From contig CBFHVJ010000001.1 in assembly GCA_965659435.1 (NCBI GenBank), positions 697-64,696 on the forward strand: DNA of 64,000 bases, in the 5' to 3' direction. The position numbers and the translations under genes were made by a program. Shown here piece after piece: positions 27,706-38,430 of this stretch (within the stretch, counting starts at the first letter, position 1; the number at the start of each line of letters is the position of its first letter). The notes under the pieces were generated by a model. The model ran no database searches. It had not been told where the DNA came from and saw only the letters and a list, made by a program, of their open reading frames with translations. The stretch comes from an uncultured Arcobacteraceae bacterium. Its GTDB lineage: Bacteria; Campylobacterota; Campylobacteria; Campylobacterales; Arcobacteraceae.

Positions 27706-30700
27706 TTATTTAGCTTTTAAATAGACAATCCTATATACCATTGGAAGATAATAAAGATTTAGTATCGTTGCCCACAATATACCAAAACCAAGTGCAACTG
27801 CCATTGGTTGTAAAATAAGAGACTGACCTGATGCAAAGAATATAAGGGTGCTTAATCCTAAGATTGTTGTCAACGATGTAAGTAAAATTGGTCTTAACCT
27901 TAAAAGAGCATATTCTTTAAGCTCTTGAATATTTTTTGCTTTCTTAATAAAATCCATCATAATAATTCCATCATTTACAATAACACCAGCAAGTCCAACC
28001 ATACCAATAAGTCCTGGCATAGTTAAATTCAATCCCATAATATAATGGCCTATTAATACTCCTAAAACAGATAGTGGAATCGTACTTAGAATAATCAATG
28101 ACTTGACAAGAGAATCAAACATCCATACAAGTGCAATAAAGATTAAAACCAATGCAATAACAAATGCTTGTCCCATCTCTTTTTGCACCTTTTCATTTTC
28201 TTGTTGCTCCCCTTTGATATCTATTTTTACTATCTTTTCTAAAGTATCAAGAGTTGATTGAAGTTGTCTATAAACCTCTTCACTTGTAGTGTCATTCAAG
28301 CTAGCTGTAACACTTGTAATTGCTGTACCATTTTCTTTAAATATTTGGGATAAAGATGGCTTTGTAGTAAACTCAACAATATCACTTAATAATACTTTTT
28401 GAATGCTATTAGGTATTGCTATTTGAAAACTTTCCAAAGATGATTTGATATCTTTATTTTTTGATACAAATACAATATCAACTAAACCATTTTCATCATA
28501 CATCTTAGAAAATGCCCCTTTAAAATAAAAAGGTTTTAAAGTATTGATAAGATATTGCTCACTAAATCCTAAAGAATTTCCATAGTTATTAAGTGAAAAC
28601 TTTAGCTCTTCATTACCACTTAATCTATCATCAACAATATTACTTACACCCTTTATCTTTCCAAGGTCTTCTTTTAAACTACTCACTGCATTTATAACTT
28701 GTTTTTCATTACCACTTATTGCTAGCTCTATATCATATTTGACTATTCCAGCACCAGGAACATAAACTTTTAATTCATCATATCTATTACTTTTTATCTC
28801 ATCATCTAAAACATCTGAAATTTGACTTGCAATAATTTTAGCCGTCTGTATACGTGTCATATCTGTATCATCATACTTAGGACTCAAATATGGGTTAATA
28901 TATTTATCAAATATATTCTCTGGGGCTCTCTCTTGTAAATTTACAAATATATGGAAATAAAATTCCTCATTTTCTGGTAACTGTTTTCCATCTAGTTTCA
29001 TCCCTACAACTGAACTAATAGAATCTATCTCATTTCCAAGTTTAAAGTTTTTTAATAACTTTTCTTCAAGTTCTTTTACCTTTTGTTCAGTTTGCTTAAT
29101 ATCATTTCCAACACCAACTGAACCAGTAACATACACTTGTGTGGTATCAAACTCTGGCATAAACTCAAATTTTAAAATATTTACTAAAGAGATTGTTGCA
29201 ACAATAATAAATGAAACTAATAACCCTAATGAGATATATTTCCATTTTAATACAAATGTTAAAATATTTTTATAAACTCTTTTATTCCAATCCCAAATAG
29301 ATTCACTTCTTTTATCCTCTTTATTTAACTTAAAAGAATGTTTTGCATGTAATGGTAAAAAGAAAAATGCCTCAACAAGAGAACTAAGAAGCAATACAGA
29401 TATCATAATAGGAAGTATTTTCATAAATACTCCAACTTCCCCTGTCATAAGAAGTATTGGTAAAAATGCAAAAATTGTAGTAGCTGTTGCTGTTAACACT
29501 GCTGGATACATCTCAACAGCACCATCAAGTGCTGCACTCATTTTATCTTTACCCATCTCTAGATGTCTATAGATATTTTCACCAACAACTATAGCCTCAT
29601 CTACAAGCATTCCAAGCGCTAAAAGTGCTCCAAGAAGGGAAAGCATGTTTAAGCTGTATCCTAATTGTTCAGCAGCTACTAGACCGATCATAAAACTTGT
29701 AGGTATCCCAATAGCTACTACAAATGCAATTCGAACATTGATAAAGAAAAATAATGCTGTAGAAAGAAGTAATACTCCAAATAAAATGTTTGATACAACA
29801 GTATTAAGCCTATTTTTTATCCACACAGAAGTATCTGTATATGTATCAAACTCTACATCTTTATATTTTACGTTTTCATCTTCTAAAATCTCTTTAATCT
29901 GTTTTACTAAAGAGATTGCATCTCCCTCTTTCCCTTTATTTATCCCTATAGACATATCTTGTTTACCATTAAAATGGGAAAGATTAATAGTATCTGCAAG
30001 TTTAAATTCTATAGTAGCAATATCTTTTAGGTAAACTCTTTTATCTCCTATTTTTACAATCATATTATGAAGTTTACGAAGATCTTTTTCACCATTTTGA
30101 CTACTAAGATAATAGTGGTTTTGTTTATCTTTTATAATTCCTGCAGGGAAAATAGAACTCATTTGAGATAATGTATTTACCACTTGTGATCTATTGAAAC
30201 CATAAGCTTCAAGCTTTTCATCATTAAAAGTGATAATAAGCTCTTTATCACTATCTCCCCAAATTGTTACATCACTTAGATCTTCTAAATTATTGATTTT
30301 TGTTTTTAAATCTTTTGCAATACTTAAAAGCTCTTCTTTAGTTTTATCACCAAAAATAGCAACAGTAATAAGTGGAAAAGAGTTTACTATCTCTTTAACG
30401 ATTGGTTCATTCATATCTGTAGGGAGATTTGATTTTATTTTAGAAACAATATCTTTAATATCATCAATAACTTCAGAAGACTTATATCCACTTTTTAGAT
30501 CAACTTTTATGTTAAAAAATCCAGTTTTTACAACTGTAGATATGGTATCTGCTTCACTTAAGCTTTTAAGTTCATCTTCTATCTCTTTAACAGCTAATTT
30601 ATCTAAAATATCGCTACTAGCTCCAGCATAACTTCCTGATATACTAATAGCATCTAACGAAGATGGAGGAAAAATCTCTTTAGGAATTTTGAAATATGAA

Positions 30701-30786
30701 AAAATTGCTAATATAAATATAAAGGCTAATAATAAATAATTTAAAATAGGCTTTTCAAGACCAAATTTAATGATAGACTTTATCAA
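27706..30786 (-). CDS. RND efflux transporter permease (AcrB/AcrD/AcrF family)
   Basis: 1026 aa with 12-TM architecture and two large loops. TTG start with AAAGGA 7 nt upstream. No membrane-fusion or outer-membrane partner gene is adjacent. Confidence 0.88.
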   Translation of the reverse strand: MIKSIIKFGLEKPILNYLLLAFIFILAIFSYFKIPKEIFPPSSLDAISISGSYAGASSDILDKLAVKEIEDELKSLSEADTISTVVKTGFFNIKVDLKSGYKSSEVIDDIKDIVSKIKSNLPTDMNEPIVKEIVNSFPLITVAIFGDKTKEELLSIAKDLKTKINNLEDLSDVTIWGDSDKELIITFNDEKLEAYGFNRSQVVNTLSQMSSIFPAGIIKDKQNHYYLSSQNGEKDLRKLHNMIVKIGDKRVYLKDIATIEFKLADTINLSHFNGKQDMSIGINKGKEGDAISLVKQIKEILEDENVKYKDVEFDTYTDTSVWIKNRLNTVVSNILFGVLLLSTALFFFINVRIAFVVAIGIPTSFMIGLVAAEQLGYSLNMLSLLGALLALGMLVDEAIVVGENIYRHLEMGKDKMSAALDGAVEMYPAVLTATATTIFAFLPILLMTGEVGVFMKILPIMISVLLLSSLVEAFFFLPLHAKHSFKLNKEDKRSESIWDWNKRVYKNILTFVLKWKYISLGLLVSFIIVATISLVNILKFEFMPEFDTTQVYVTGSVGVGNDIKQTEQKVKELEEKLLKNFKLGNEIDSISSVVGMKLDGKQLPENEEFYFHIFVNLQERAPENIFDKYINPYLSPKYDDTDMTRIQTAKIIASQISDVLDDEIKSNRYDELKVYVPGAGIVKYDIELAISGNEKQVINAVSSLKEDLGKIKGVSNIVDDRLSGNEELKFSLNNYGNSLGFSEQYLINTLKPFYFKGAFSKMYDENGLVDIVFVSKNKDIKSSLESFQIAIPNSIQKVLLSDIVEFTTKPSLSQIFKENGTAITSVTASLNDTTSEEVYRQLQSTLDTLEKIVKIDIKGEQQENEKVQKEMGQAFVIALVLIFIALVWMFDSLVKSLIILSTIPLSVLGVLIGHYIMGLNLTMPGLIGMVGLAGVIVNDGIIMMDFIKKAKNIQELKEYALLRLRPILLTSLTTILGLSTLIFFASGQSLILQPMAVALGFGILWATILNLYYLPMVYRIVYLKAK

Positions 30787-30797
30787 AGAGATATCCT

Positions 30798-31517
30798 TTA
30801 AAAGTTTGGATTAAATCCAAAGTCTGGAGTACCGCCTGCATTAAAGCCACCTCCAAAGTCCATACCACCACTACTAAAACTTGGATCCATATGCCCAAAT
30901 TGAGCACTTTTATTTCTAAGCTTCATAATGTCATTTTTAATATCAATATGTGCAGGACAAACCATCGAACAATTTCCACAAAGTGTACAATCCCATACTC
31001 CATTTCTCTGAATAGTATCAATATGTGTTTTTATATCTTTTTCTTTTTTATCATTGATATACCTATATGCTCGAGTTAAAGCAAATGGTCCTAAAAAGTT
31101 TTCATTCACTTCATATACAGGACATGAACTATAACAACTATGACATAAAATACAATTTGACTGAATATCAATTGCTTTTTCATCTTCTATAGAGATAGAC
31201 TCACCACTATTTTCTAAAAGGTAACCATATGAATCTTCTAAGAATTTACTTTCATGTTCTAAATCTACAACTAAATCTCTTATAACTTTTGTATTTTTTA
31301 ATGCTTGAATATTGTCATTATCATTACAAGTTGTTGTACAAGCTAGCTTTTCAACACCATTTACAACTACTGCACAACTTCCACATACACCACTTTTACA
31401 TCCACTTCTAAAAGTAAGCTCTTGATTTTGATGTGATTTAATATAGTTCAAAGCCTCTAAAATAGTATCGACTTTCTCTTCTAAAGAATATTCCTTTTCA
31501 ATTATATTAATCTTCAT
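30798..31517 (-). CDS. Succinate dehydrogenase/fumarate reductase-type iron-sulfur subunit with Gly/Phe-rich C-terminal tail
   Basis: 2Fe-2S motif CKSGVCGSCAVVVNG..LAC, then CILCHSCYSSCP and CTLCGNCSMVCP. The start is ATG 31517 or 31520 (AGGAG upstream), overlapping the flavoprotein stop. The tail is SSGGMDFGGGFNAGGTPDFGFNPNF. Confidence 0.85.
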   Translation of the reverse strand: MKINIIEKEYSLEEKVDTILEALNYIKSHQNQELTFRSGCKSGVCGSCAVVVNGVEKLACTTTCNDNDNIQALKNTKVIRDLVVDLEHESKFLEDSYGYLLENSGESISIEDEKAIDIQSNCILCHSCYSSCPVYEVNENFLGPFALTRAYRYINDKKEKDIKTHIDTIQRNGVWDCTLCGNCSMVCPAHIDIKNDIMKLRNKSAQFGHMDPSFSSGGMDFGGGFNAGGTPDFGFNPNF

Positions 31518-33033
31518 CATCACTCCTAAAGTGGGCTCCACAACTTTGTGTTCTTTGTTGTGCACTAGTTATAATATTCTTTGCTAATTCCAAAGAGTTT
31601 TCTAACTGTAAAAACTCTACTAAGGTTTTATTGTAAACTCTACTCTTGTCTTTGATACCACTTTTGAGATATTGTCCTTTTAGATGTGTAACATAGTCTT
31701 TAGCTTCAGCTAATAAACTACCATCTCTAAATACACCAACATCTTTAAACATCACTTGTGCCAAAAGCTGTTTTATCTCATAAAAGTTTTCATCTGTAGT
31801 ATTTTCAAAAATCTGCTCTATTTTAGCTACATCATTTTCTAGTTGTTTTGTTGTTGTGTTAGTATAATTTTGTTCTTGACATTTAGCTGCATTTTCTCCA
31901 GCTATTTTTCCAAATGTAATGATCTCTAAAAGTGCATTCCCGCCTAATCTATTTGCTCCATGGATTTCAGCTTGTGCACACTCTCCTACAGCAAAAAGAT
32001 TTTTTATATTTGTTTGACATTGTATATCAGTTTTGATTCCACCCATACTATAATGTGCAGCAGGTGTTATTTGAAGTAACTCTTCTTCTATTTTTACACC
32101 AGCAAATTTTAATGCTAAATCTCTCTCTTGAGGCATTGATTCTATAATTTTTTCTAAACCTAAATGCCTTAGATCTAAATATACTTTTTCTCCATTAAGA
32201 ATTTGTGCTGATATTGCTCTTGCTACTTCATCACGAGGCTTTAATTCATCAACAAAACGATCACCATACTGATCAACTAAGTAACCACCTTCACCTCTTG
32301 CAGACTCACTTATAAGAACTGAACTTCCAACCATTGCTGTTGGATGAAATTGAACAAATTCTAAATTTGACACTTCAACTCCAGCTTTTTTGGCAATAAC
32401 TATTCCATCACCAGTTGAAGCATATGAATTAGTTGAGTACCCATCATAAATAGCTCCATAACCACCTGTGGCTAATACTACAGACTTTGCTAGTATCTGT
32501 TTTACTTCAGAAGTTTGAATATCTAATACAGTTATACCTTTTACTACTTCATCTTTAACAATCAAGCTTAAAAGCATATGCTCATTTAGAAATTCTATTT
32601 TCTCTTTAATTGCTGTGTCATATAAAGAATGTAATATTTTTAATCCTGTATAGTCACTACTAAAACATGCTCTTGGATTTGAAGCTCCTCCAAGTGATCT
32701 TTGTTTTATTTTTCCATCACTAGTTCTTGTAAATGGTACCCCTATTTCATCAAGCCATTTTATACTTTCAGGAGCTTTTTCACACATTAAACTTATCGCA
32801 TCTTCACAACCTAATCCTCTAGATGCTTTTAATGTATCTTCAATATGTAACTGTATATCTTCTTTATTGATAGCACAATTAATACCACCTTGTGCTTGTG
32901 CTGTTTGAGAGTGTGTTGGATATGTTTTAGAAACAACTAAAACATTTGCACTATTCTTTTTTGCATGAAGGGCAGCTGTTAATCCAGCCCCTCCACTACC
33001 AACAACTACTACATCATAAATATGCTGTTCCAT
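31507..33033 (-). CDS. Succinate dehydrogenase/fumarate reductase/L-aspartate oxidase-family FAD flavoprotein (508 aa, no Tat signal)
   Basis: VVVVGSGGAGLTAA dinucleotide fold, THSQTAQAQGGIN, FVQFHPT, ESARGEGG and HGANRLGGNAL motifs. Confidence 0.88.
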   Translation of the reverse strand: MEQHIYDVVVVGSGGAGLTAALHAKKNSANVLVVSKTYPTHSQTAQAQGGINCAINKEDIQLHIEDTLKASRGLGCEDAISLMCEKAPESIKWLDEIGVPFTRTSDGKIKQRSLGGASNPRACFSSDYTGLKILHSLYDTAIKEKIEFLNEHMLLSLIVKDEVVKGITVLDIQTSEVKQILAKSVVLATGGYGAIYDGYSTNSYASTGDGIVIAKKAGVEVSNLEFVQFHPTAMVGSSVLISESARGEGGYLVDQYGDRFVDELKPRDEVARAISAQILNGEKVYLDLRHLGLEKIIESMPQERDLALKFAGVKIEEELLQITPAAHYSMGGIKTDIQCQTNIKNLFAVGECAQAEIHGANRLGGNALLEIITFGKIAGENAAKCQEQNYTNTTTKQLENDVAKIEQIFENTTDENFYEIKQLLAQVMFKDVGVFRDGSLLAEAKDYVTHLKGQYLKSGIKDKSRVYNKTLVEFLQLENSLELAKNIITSAQQRTQSCGAHFRSDDED

Positions 33034-33956
33034 TAATCTAAAAAATCCTCTATATTTTGAATAATTCCATCAACTAATCTTTTTCTTGCCTCTTGCGAAC
33101 CCCATGCAATATGTGGTGTAAGGATTAATTGATCTTTCTTTTTGATTGTTAAAAGTGGCGATGAACTTTCTATTGGTTCTTTTGAAACTACATCAGTTGC
33201 AAAATAGATCTTTCTTTTTTCGATCTCATCTGTAATATCTTGCTCATTTACGATACCACCTCTACCTAGATTTAATAGTATAGCGTTATCTTTAAGCTGT
33301 CCTAAGTTTGAACTATTAATTAAATTATTTGTTTGGTCATTTAATGGTGAATGAATTGAGATAATATCTGACTCTTGAAGTAATTTATCTAGCTCTTTTT
33401 GAGAATATTGATCACAGCTATTTTTTCCACTTGTAGAATAGTAAGATACTTCACATCCAAAAGCATCTGCAACTTTTGCAACTTGCTTACCAATCGATCC
33501 AAGACCAATAATACCCCATTTTTTACCTTCAAGGTCATAAAATGATCTATCTAGATGTGTAAATATATCACTATTTTTCCACTCATTTTTTCCAAAAGTA
33601 TCATAATAGTTAATTTGATTTACAAAATGCATCACATAAGCAATAGTAAGTTGAGCTACACTTGAAGTAGAATATCCAGCTACATTTTTAACAACTATTT
33701 TCTTTTGTGCTGCATAGTCTAAATCGATATTATTCATACCAGTTGCAGCAATACAGATAAGTTTAATATCACTATTATCGATAATATCTTTATCAATTAC
33801 AACTTTATTTGTAACAACTATATCTGCATATTGAACTCTTTGTAAAGTTTCATCTTTTGATGTTGACTCATAAGTGATAACTTCGCCATATGTATCAAAC
33901 CCTTCTAAACAAATATCATCACCTAAAGTTTTTCTATCTAAAAATACAATCTTCAT
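33033..33956 (-). CDS. D-isomer-specific 2-hydroxyacid dehydrogenase (glycerate dehydrogenase-like)
   Basis: 307 aa with NAD-binding GIIGLGSIGKQVA, LLNLGRGGIV and TPHIAW. Confidence 0.88.
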   Translation of the reverse strand: MKIVFLDRKTLGDDICLEGFDTYGEVITYESTSKDETLQRVQYADIVVTNKVVIDKDIIDNSDIKLICIAATGMNNIDLDYAAQKKIVVKNVAGYSTSSVAQLTIAYVMHFVNQINYYDTFGKNEWKNSDIFTHLDRSFYDLEGKKWGIIGLGSIGKQVAKVADAFGCEVSYYSTSGKNSCDQYSQKELDKLLQESDIISIHSPLNDQTNNLINSSNLGQLKDNAILLNLGRGGIVNEQDITDEIEKRKIYFATDVVSKEPIESSSPLLTIKKKDQLILTPHIAWGSQEARKRLVDGIIQNIEDFLD

Positions 33957-33969
33957 TAATCTATCCTTT

Positions 33970-34578
33970 TTATTTCTTCAAAATATCTTTTTTCATTTTT
34001 ATTCTTATATAAAAGAAAATCCCAATAGCAAGCAATACTAAAATTGAAACTATAATAATTTTAATGTACTCCCCTATTAACTCTTGATTATGTCCTATAA
34101 AGTATCCAAGAAGAGCAAGTATCATTACCCAAATTCCTGCACCTAAAGATGTATATAAAGAAAATTTCCATAAGTCCATTTTTGCAAGTCCCGCAGGTAA
34201 TGAAATATATTGTCTAACAGCAGGAATCAATCTTCCACTAAATGTAGATATATGTCCATGCTTAGCAAAAAAATCTTCCATTTTTTGTAAGGTTTCCTCT
34301 TTCACTAAAACATATTTTCCATACTTTGATAAAAATGCTCTGCCAAATTTTAATGCTAAAAGGTAATTAAACACAGCCCCAGCTAATGAACCACCAATAC
34401 CAGCTAAAATTGCTAAATATAGATTCATCTCACCTTTTGCTGCAAGGTAACCAGCTGGTACCATCACCACTTCACTTGGAAATGGGAAAAAAGAGCTTTC
34501 TAAAAACATCATAGCAAAAATACCAAAGTAGCCTAAAGCTCCAACAGTTTCTACTATAAAGTTTACTATTTCACCCAT
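33970..34578 (-). CDS. DedA-family (SNARE-associated) membrane protein
   Basis: 202 aa with [20 protein letters not shown] and GRLIP.VR.YISLPAG motifs. Confidence 0.88.
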   Translation of the reverse strand: MGEIVNFIVETVGALGYFGIFAMMFLESSFFPFPSEVVMVPAGYLAAKGEMNLYLAILAGIGGSLAGAVFNYLLALKFGRAFLSKYGKYVLVKEETLQKMEDFFAKHGHISTFSGRLIPAVRQYISLPAGLAKMDLWKFSLYTSLGAGIWVMILALLGYFIGHNQELIGEYIKIIIVSILVLLAIGIFFYIRIKMKKDILKK

Positions 34579-34579
34579 A

Positions 34580-34945
34580 TTAATCTATTTCAATAAGCTT
34601 TGCCATTCCACCTTTAAGCTTATCCATTAAATCTAACATACCATCAGAAAGGTATTTGCTTTGAATTCCTAAAGAGTTTAAATAAGCACTTACCATAATT
34701 GATCTATCCGATTTAGGACAAGCACACACTATGATCTTATCTTTTGGTAAATTTTCTAAATTATCTGGTATCTCATTTGCTGGTATTTGTAGTCCAAAAT
34801 TCAATTGCCAAACTTTTGTCTCAAAGGGCATTCTTATATCAACTAGTTCCACTTCACCATCATTATACATATCAATAAAATCTGAACTACTTAACCTAAA
34901 GTCTGACATCTTTTTTGGTGTTAATTCTCTTATAAAACTTTCCAT
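34580..34945 (-). CDS. Single-domain rhodanese-like sulfurtransferase
   Basis: 121 aa with the active-site loop CACPKSDRS (C-x5-R). Confidence 0.8.
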   Translation of the reverse strand: MESFIRELTPKKMSDFRLSSSDFIDMYNDGEVELVDIRMPFETKVWQLNFGLQIPANEIPDNLENLPKDKIIVCACPKSDRSIMVSAYLNSLGIQSKYLSDGMLDLMDKLKGGMAKLIEID

Positions 34946-34957
34946 TCAAACCCTTTT

Positions 34958-37900
34958 TTATATATTAAAATATTTTGCTTCTTTATTTGGTACAACAATT
35001 GCAACTGTTGATTGTTCTGGATGAATCTGGAATGTTTCACTTAACTCAATACCAAAGTCTTCAGGTTTTAATAGATCAAAAATAGTTCTATTTAAAGCTA
35101 AGTCTGGACAAGCTGCATAACCAGGTGAATATCTACACCCTTGATAAGCTTTCATTTGAACATCTTTTAGTGTTGGCTTTTCATTATCAACAATATTTAA
35201 GTCAAGTCTTATCTGCTTGTGTGCAATTTCTGCTAATGCTTCTGCAAGCTCAACTCCAAGACCATGAACTTGATAATATCTACCAAATTCACCTTTTTCA
35301 TATATCTCTTGCTCAAAAGGTGTGATCTTTAATCCACTACTTACAAATGTAAATCCAACTACATCAAATTCATCACTTTTAAAATAATCAGCTAAACATC
35401 TATGTGGAGCTTTTCCAGCTCTTGGAAAATCAAAAGTTGCTATGATATTTTCTTTTGCATCATCATAAATTTCTAAAATAGTATCATTTGCTTTACATGG
35501 GAAGTAACCATACAATACAACTGGATCAAATACATCTTTTTCTAAAAACTCATCTTTTAATTCTTCATATAATGGCTTAACAACATTTTCTTCATGCTCT
35601 AAAAATTTTACACTGTCTTGTTGACCTTTTTTATATCCCCATCTTTGTCTAAATAAAACTCTATGGTTAATCCATTCAAATACTAATTCATGATTAAAAT
35701 CATTAGACAAATCTTTTCTACCCCAAAATGGTGGTGTATATTTATGATTATTTTCTAAAAGTTGTGGAGTATGTATAGATGAATCAAATTCAATTTTCTC
35801 AACTTTTTCACTTGAGTCATCTTTTTGTATTAAATCTGCAGCCATTGCGGTATCAAGCTCTCCGCCTGTTTCAATTCTTTGCATAGCTACAACACCATCA
35901 AAAGCATCTCTTGCATAAAAAATTGCTCCATCATATGATGTTCTACAGAAGTTATCAACAAAATCTTTTGTTAAAGCAGCACCACCAAGCATTACAGGTA
36001 TTTGTAATCCTTGTTCTTGCATCACTTCAAGATTTGATCTCATCTCATTTGTTGACTTTACAAGTAAGCCACTCATTCCAATAGCATCTGCATCATGCTC
36101 TTTAGCAGCATCTATAAAGTCTTGGATTCCAACTTTAATACCAATATTTACAACTTTAAATCCATTGTTACTTAAAATAATATCTACAAGGTTTTTACCA
36201 ACATCATGCACATCACCTTTTACTGTTCCAAGTACAAGTGTTGTTTCTGATGATTTTTCAATCTTTGGTAAAAATGGGTTTAGTTGATCTACTGTAGCTT
36301 TCATAGTTTCTGCACTTTGTAGTACAAATGGTAACTGCATTTGACCACTACCAAATAGTTCACCAATCTCTTTCATACCATCAATTAGCCATTCATTTAC
36401 AATAGTTTCAGCTGGCATATTATCTTTCAATTGTAATGATAGAGGGATAAGTCTTTCTTTATCACCCTCTTTTAAAAGATAGATAACTTTATCTCTATCA
36501 CTTAATTTTTCTAGCTCTTCATCACTTTTATCTTCAACAGCTGCTACATTTGAGAAATGTTCAATAAATGCAAATAATGGATCTCCATCCTCTCTTCTAT
36601 TAAACAATAGATCTTCACAGGCCTTAACATCCTCATCACTCATTTTTGATCTAGGTACTAAATGCTTTACATTTACAATTGCACTTGATAGTCCAGCTTC
36701 CACACAATGGTGTAAGAATATTGAATTTAAATAAACTCTTGCATCTTTATCAAGTCCAAATGAGATATTTGAAAGACCTAGTGTAGTACCCACTTCAGGA
36801 TGCATTGTTGTAAATTCTCTGATCGCTTCAATTGTTTCAATACCAGCAGTAAGATATTCCTCATCTCCACTACCAATAGTAAATACAAGCATATCAAATA
36901 CTAAGTCTTCAGGCTTTAGTCCATGAACATTTACAGCTCTTTGATAAATTCTTTCAGCAATCCTTACTTTGTCTTCTTTTGTTTTTGCCATAGCAACTTC
37001 ATCAATCACAAGACAAACTAAACTTGCTCCATATTTTTTAGCTAGTGCACAAACCTCATCAAACTTCTCTTCTCCATCTTCAAGATTCACAGAGTTTATA
37101 ATTGGCTTTCCACCTATAAGTTTTAAAGCTTCTTCAAGTGCTGGAGTCTGTGTAGAATCTGGCATAAGTGGTAACTGAATTTTTTGAGAATATCGTGAAA
37201 TAACTTCATTCATATCTCTAGTTTCATCACGCCCTGCAAATCCAACACTTACATCAATTACATGTGCTCCAGCTCTTACTTGCTGTTGCCCAACAGTAAG
37301 AGTACCTTCATAATCTTCAGCTTTTAGTAGTTCTCTAAATGCTTTTGAACCTGTAGCATTACTTCTTTCACCTATTAAAAGTGGCGCTGGATCTTGCTTA
37401 AGTTCAACAGTTGAAAATAGTGATGCTAAGGCATTTGGATGACTGCCTGTTGGAGTTTTTGGTTGAATATCTTTAATACTATCAGCTAAAGCCTTGATAT
37501 GCTGTGGTGTAGTTCCACAACAACCTCCAAGGAAACTTACCCCATCAAATTCTAAAAATGCTTTTTGAATAGTTGCAAACTCATCTGGTCCCATAGGATA
37601 GAATGTATAACCACCTCTATTTTGAGGTAATCCTGCATTTGCATGAATTGACAATGGGAAATGACTAGATTCACTTAAAACATCAAGATGTTTTTTAACT
37701 TGTTCTGGTCCTGTACCACAATTAAATCCTAAAGATAAAATATCAAATGGCTCTAGAATAGTCGCAATTGTTTGGGCATCAGTTCCAATTAACATTGAAC
37801 CACTTAATTCAATTGTAACTGATACCATAATTGGTATTTGTGGTGCAGCATCATTTAATGCATGGATTGCTGCTTTTATTTGTAATGGATCTTGACAAGT

Positions 37901-38404
37901 TTCAAGTAAGAAAACATCACACCCACCATCAGCTAAACCTTGAGCTGTAATCTTATAACCATCATACATATCATCATATGTAATGTGTCCTAAAGATGGT
38001 AATTTTGTACCTGGTCCAATTGACCCTAGTACAAATCTAGGTTTTTCAGGTGTAGAGTATTTATCACAAATATTTTTTACAATTTGTGCACCTTTTTTAC
38101 TTAATTCATAAGCTCTTTGAGGCATGTCATATTCATCTAAAACCCATGGCATAGTACCAAATGTATTTGTCTTAATCATATCTGCATCAGCTAATGCATA
38201 AGCATTATGGATCTTTTCTAAGATTTCAGGTGCTGTATCATTTAGAAGTTCATTACACCCTTCTTGATTTATACCCTTATCATCAATCCATGCTTCATCT
38301 GGAACTTTATAAGTTTGAAGCTGTGTACCCATAGCTCCATCAATAACTAATGCTCTTTTTTTAATTATCTCTAATATCTTATTTTTGATTTTAAACTCTT
38401 TCAA
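34958..38404 (-). CDS. metH: Cobalamin-dependent methionine synthase
   Basis: 1148 aa with Hcy-binding (DGAMGT, GGCCGT), pterin-binding, B12-binding (GDVHDVGKN) and AdoMet-activation modules. The track start is TTG 38404 with no clear SD, so the start is uncertain. Confidence 0.95.
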   Translation of the reverse strand: MKEFKIKNKILEIIKKRALVIDGAMGTQLQTYKVPDEAWIDDKGINQEGCNELLNDTAPEILEKIHNAYALADADMIKTNTFGTMPWVLDEYDMPQRAYELSKKGAQIVKNICDKYSTPEKPRFVLGSIGPGTKLPSLGHITYDDMYDGYKITAQGLADGGCDVFLLETCQDPLQIKAAIHALNDAAPQIPIMVSVTIELSGSMLIGTDAQTIATILEPFDILSLGFNCGTGPEQVKKHLDVLSESSHFPLSIHANAGLPQNRGGYTFYPMGPDEFATIQKAFLEFDGVSFLGGCCGTTPQHIKALADSIKDIQPKTPTGSHPNALASLFSTVELKQDPAPLLIGERSNATGSKAFRELLKAEDYEGTLTVGQQQVRAGAHVIDVSVGFAGRDETRDMNEVISRYSQKIQLPLMPDSTQTPALEEALKLIGGKPIINSVNLEDGEEKFDEVCALAKKYGASLVCLVIDEVAMAKTKEDKVRIAERIYQRAVNVHGLKPEDLVFDMLVFTIGSGDEEYLTAGIETIEAIREFTTMHPEVGTTLGLSNISFGLDKDARVYLNSIFLHHCVEAGLSSAIVNVKHLVPRSKMSDEDVKACEDLLFNRREDGDPLFAFIEHFSNVAAVEDKSDEELEKLSDRDKVIYLLKEGDKERLIPLSLQLKDNMPAETIVNEWLIDGMKEIGELFGSGQMQLPFVLQSAETMKATVDQLNPFLPKIEKSSETTLVLGTVKGDVHDVGKNLVDIILSNNGFKVVNIGIKVGIQDFIDAAKEHDADAIGMSGLLVKSTNEMRSNLEVMQEQGLQIPVMLGGAALTKDFVDNFCRTSYDGAIFYARDAFDGVVAMQRIETGGELDTAMAADLIQKDDSSEKVEKIEFDSSIHTPQLLENNHKYTPPFWGRKDLSNDFNHELVFEWINHRVLFRQRWGYKKGQQDSVKFLEHEENVVKPLYEELKDEFLEKDVFDPVVLYGYFPCKANDTILEIYDDAKENIIATFDFPRAGKAPHRCLADYFKSDEFDVVGFTFVSSGLKITPFEQEIYEKGEFGRYYQVHGLGVELAEALAEIAHKQIRLDLNIVDNEKPTLKDVQMKAYQGCRYSPGYAACPDLALNRTIFDLLKPEDFGIELSETFQIHPEQSTVAIVVPNKEAKYFNI

Positions 38405-38430
38405 ATGTTCTATAATAAGAGATATTTTAG

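Noticed and set aside
29645-30631. Two long plus-strand ORFs (129 aa and 133 aa) lie inside the RND pump gene.
   Set aside because: They are antisense shadow frames of an AT-rich gene. Their composition is biased to Ser, Leu, Ile and Phe, they have no SD, and they are fully contained in a confidently identified 1026-aa CDS.
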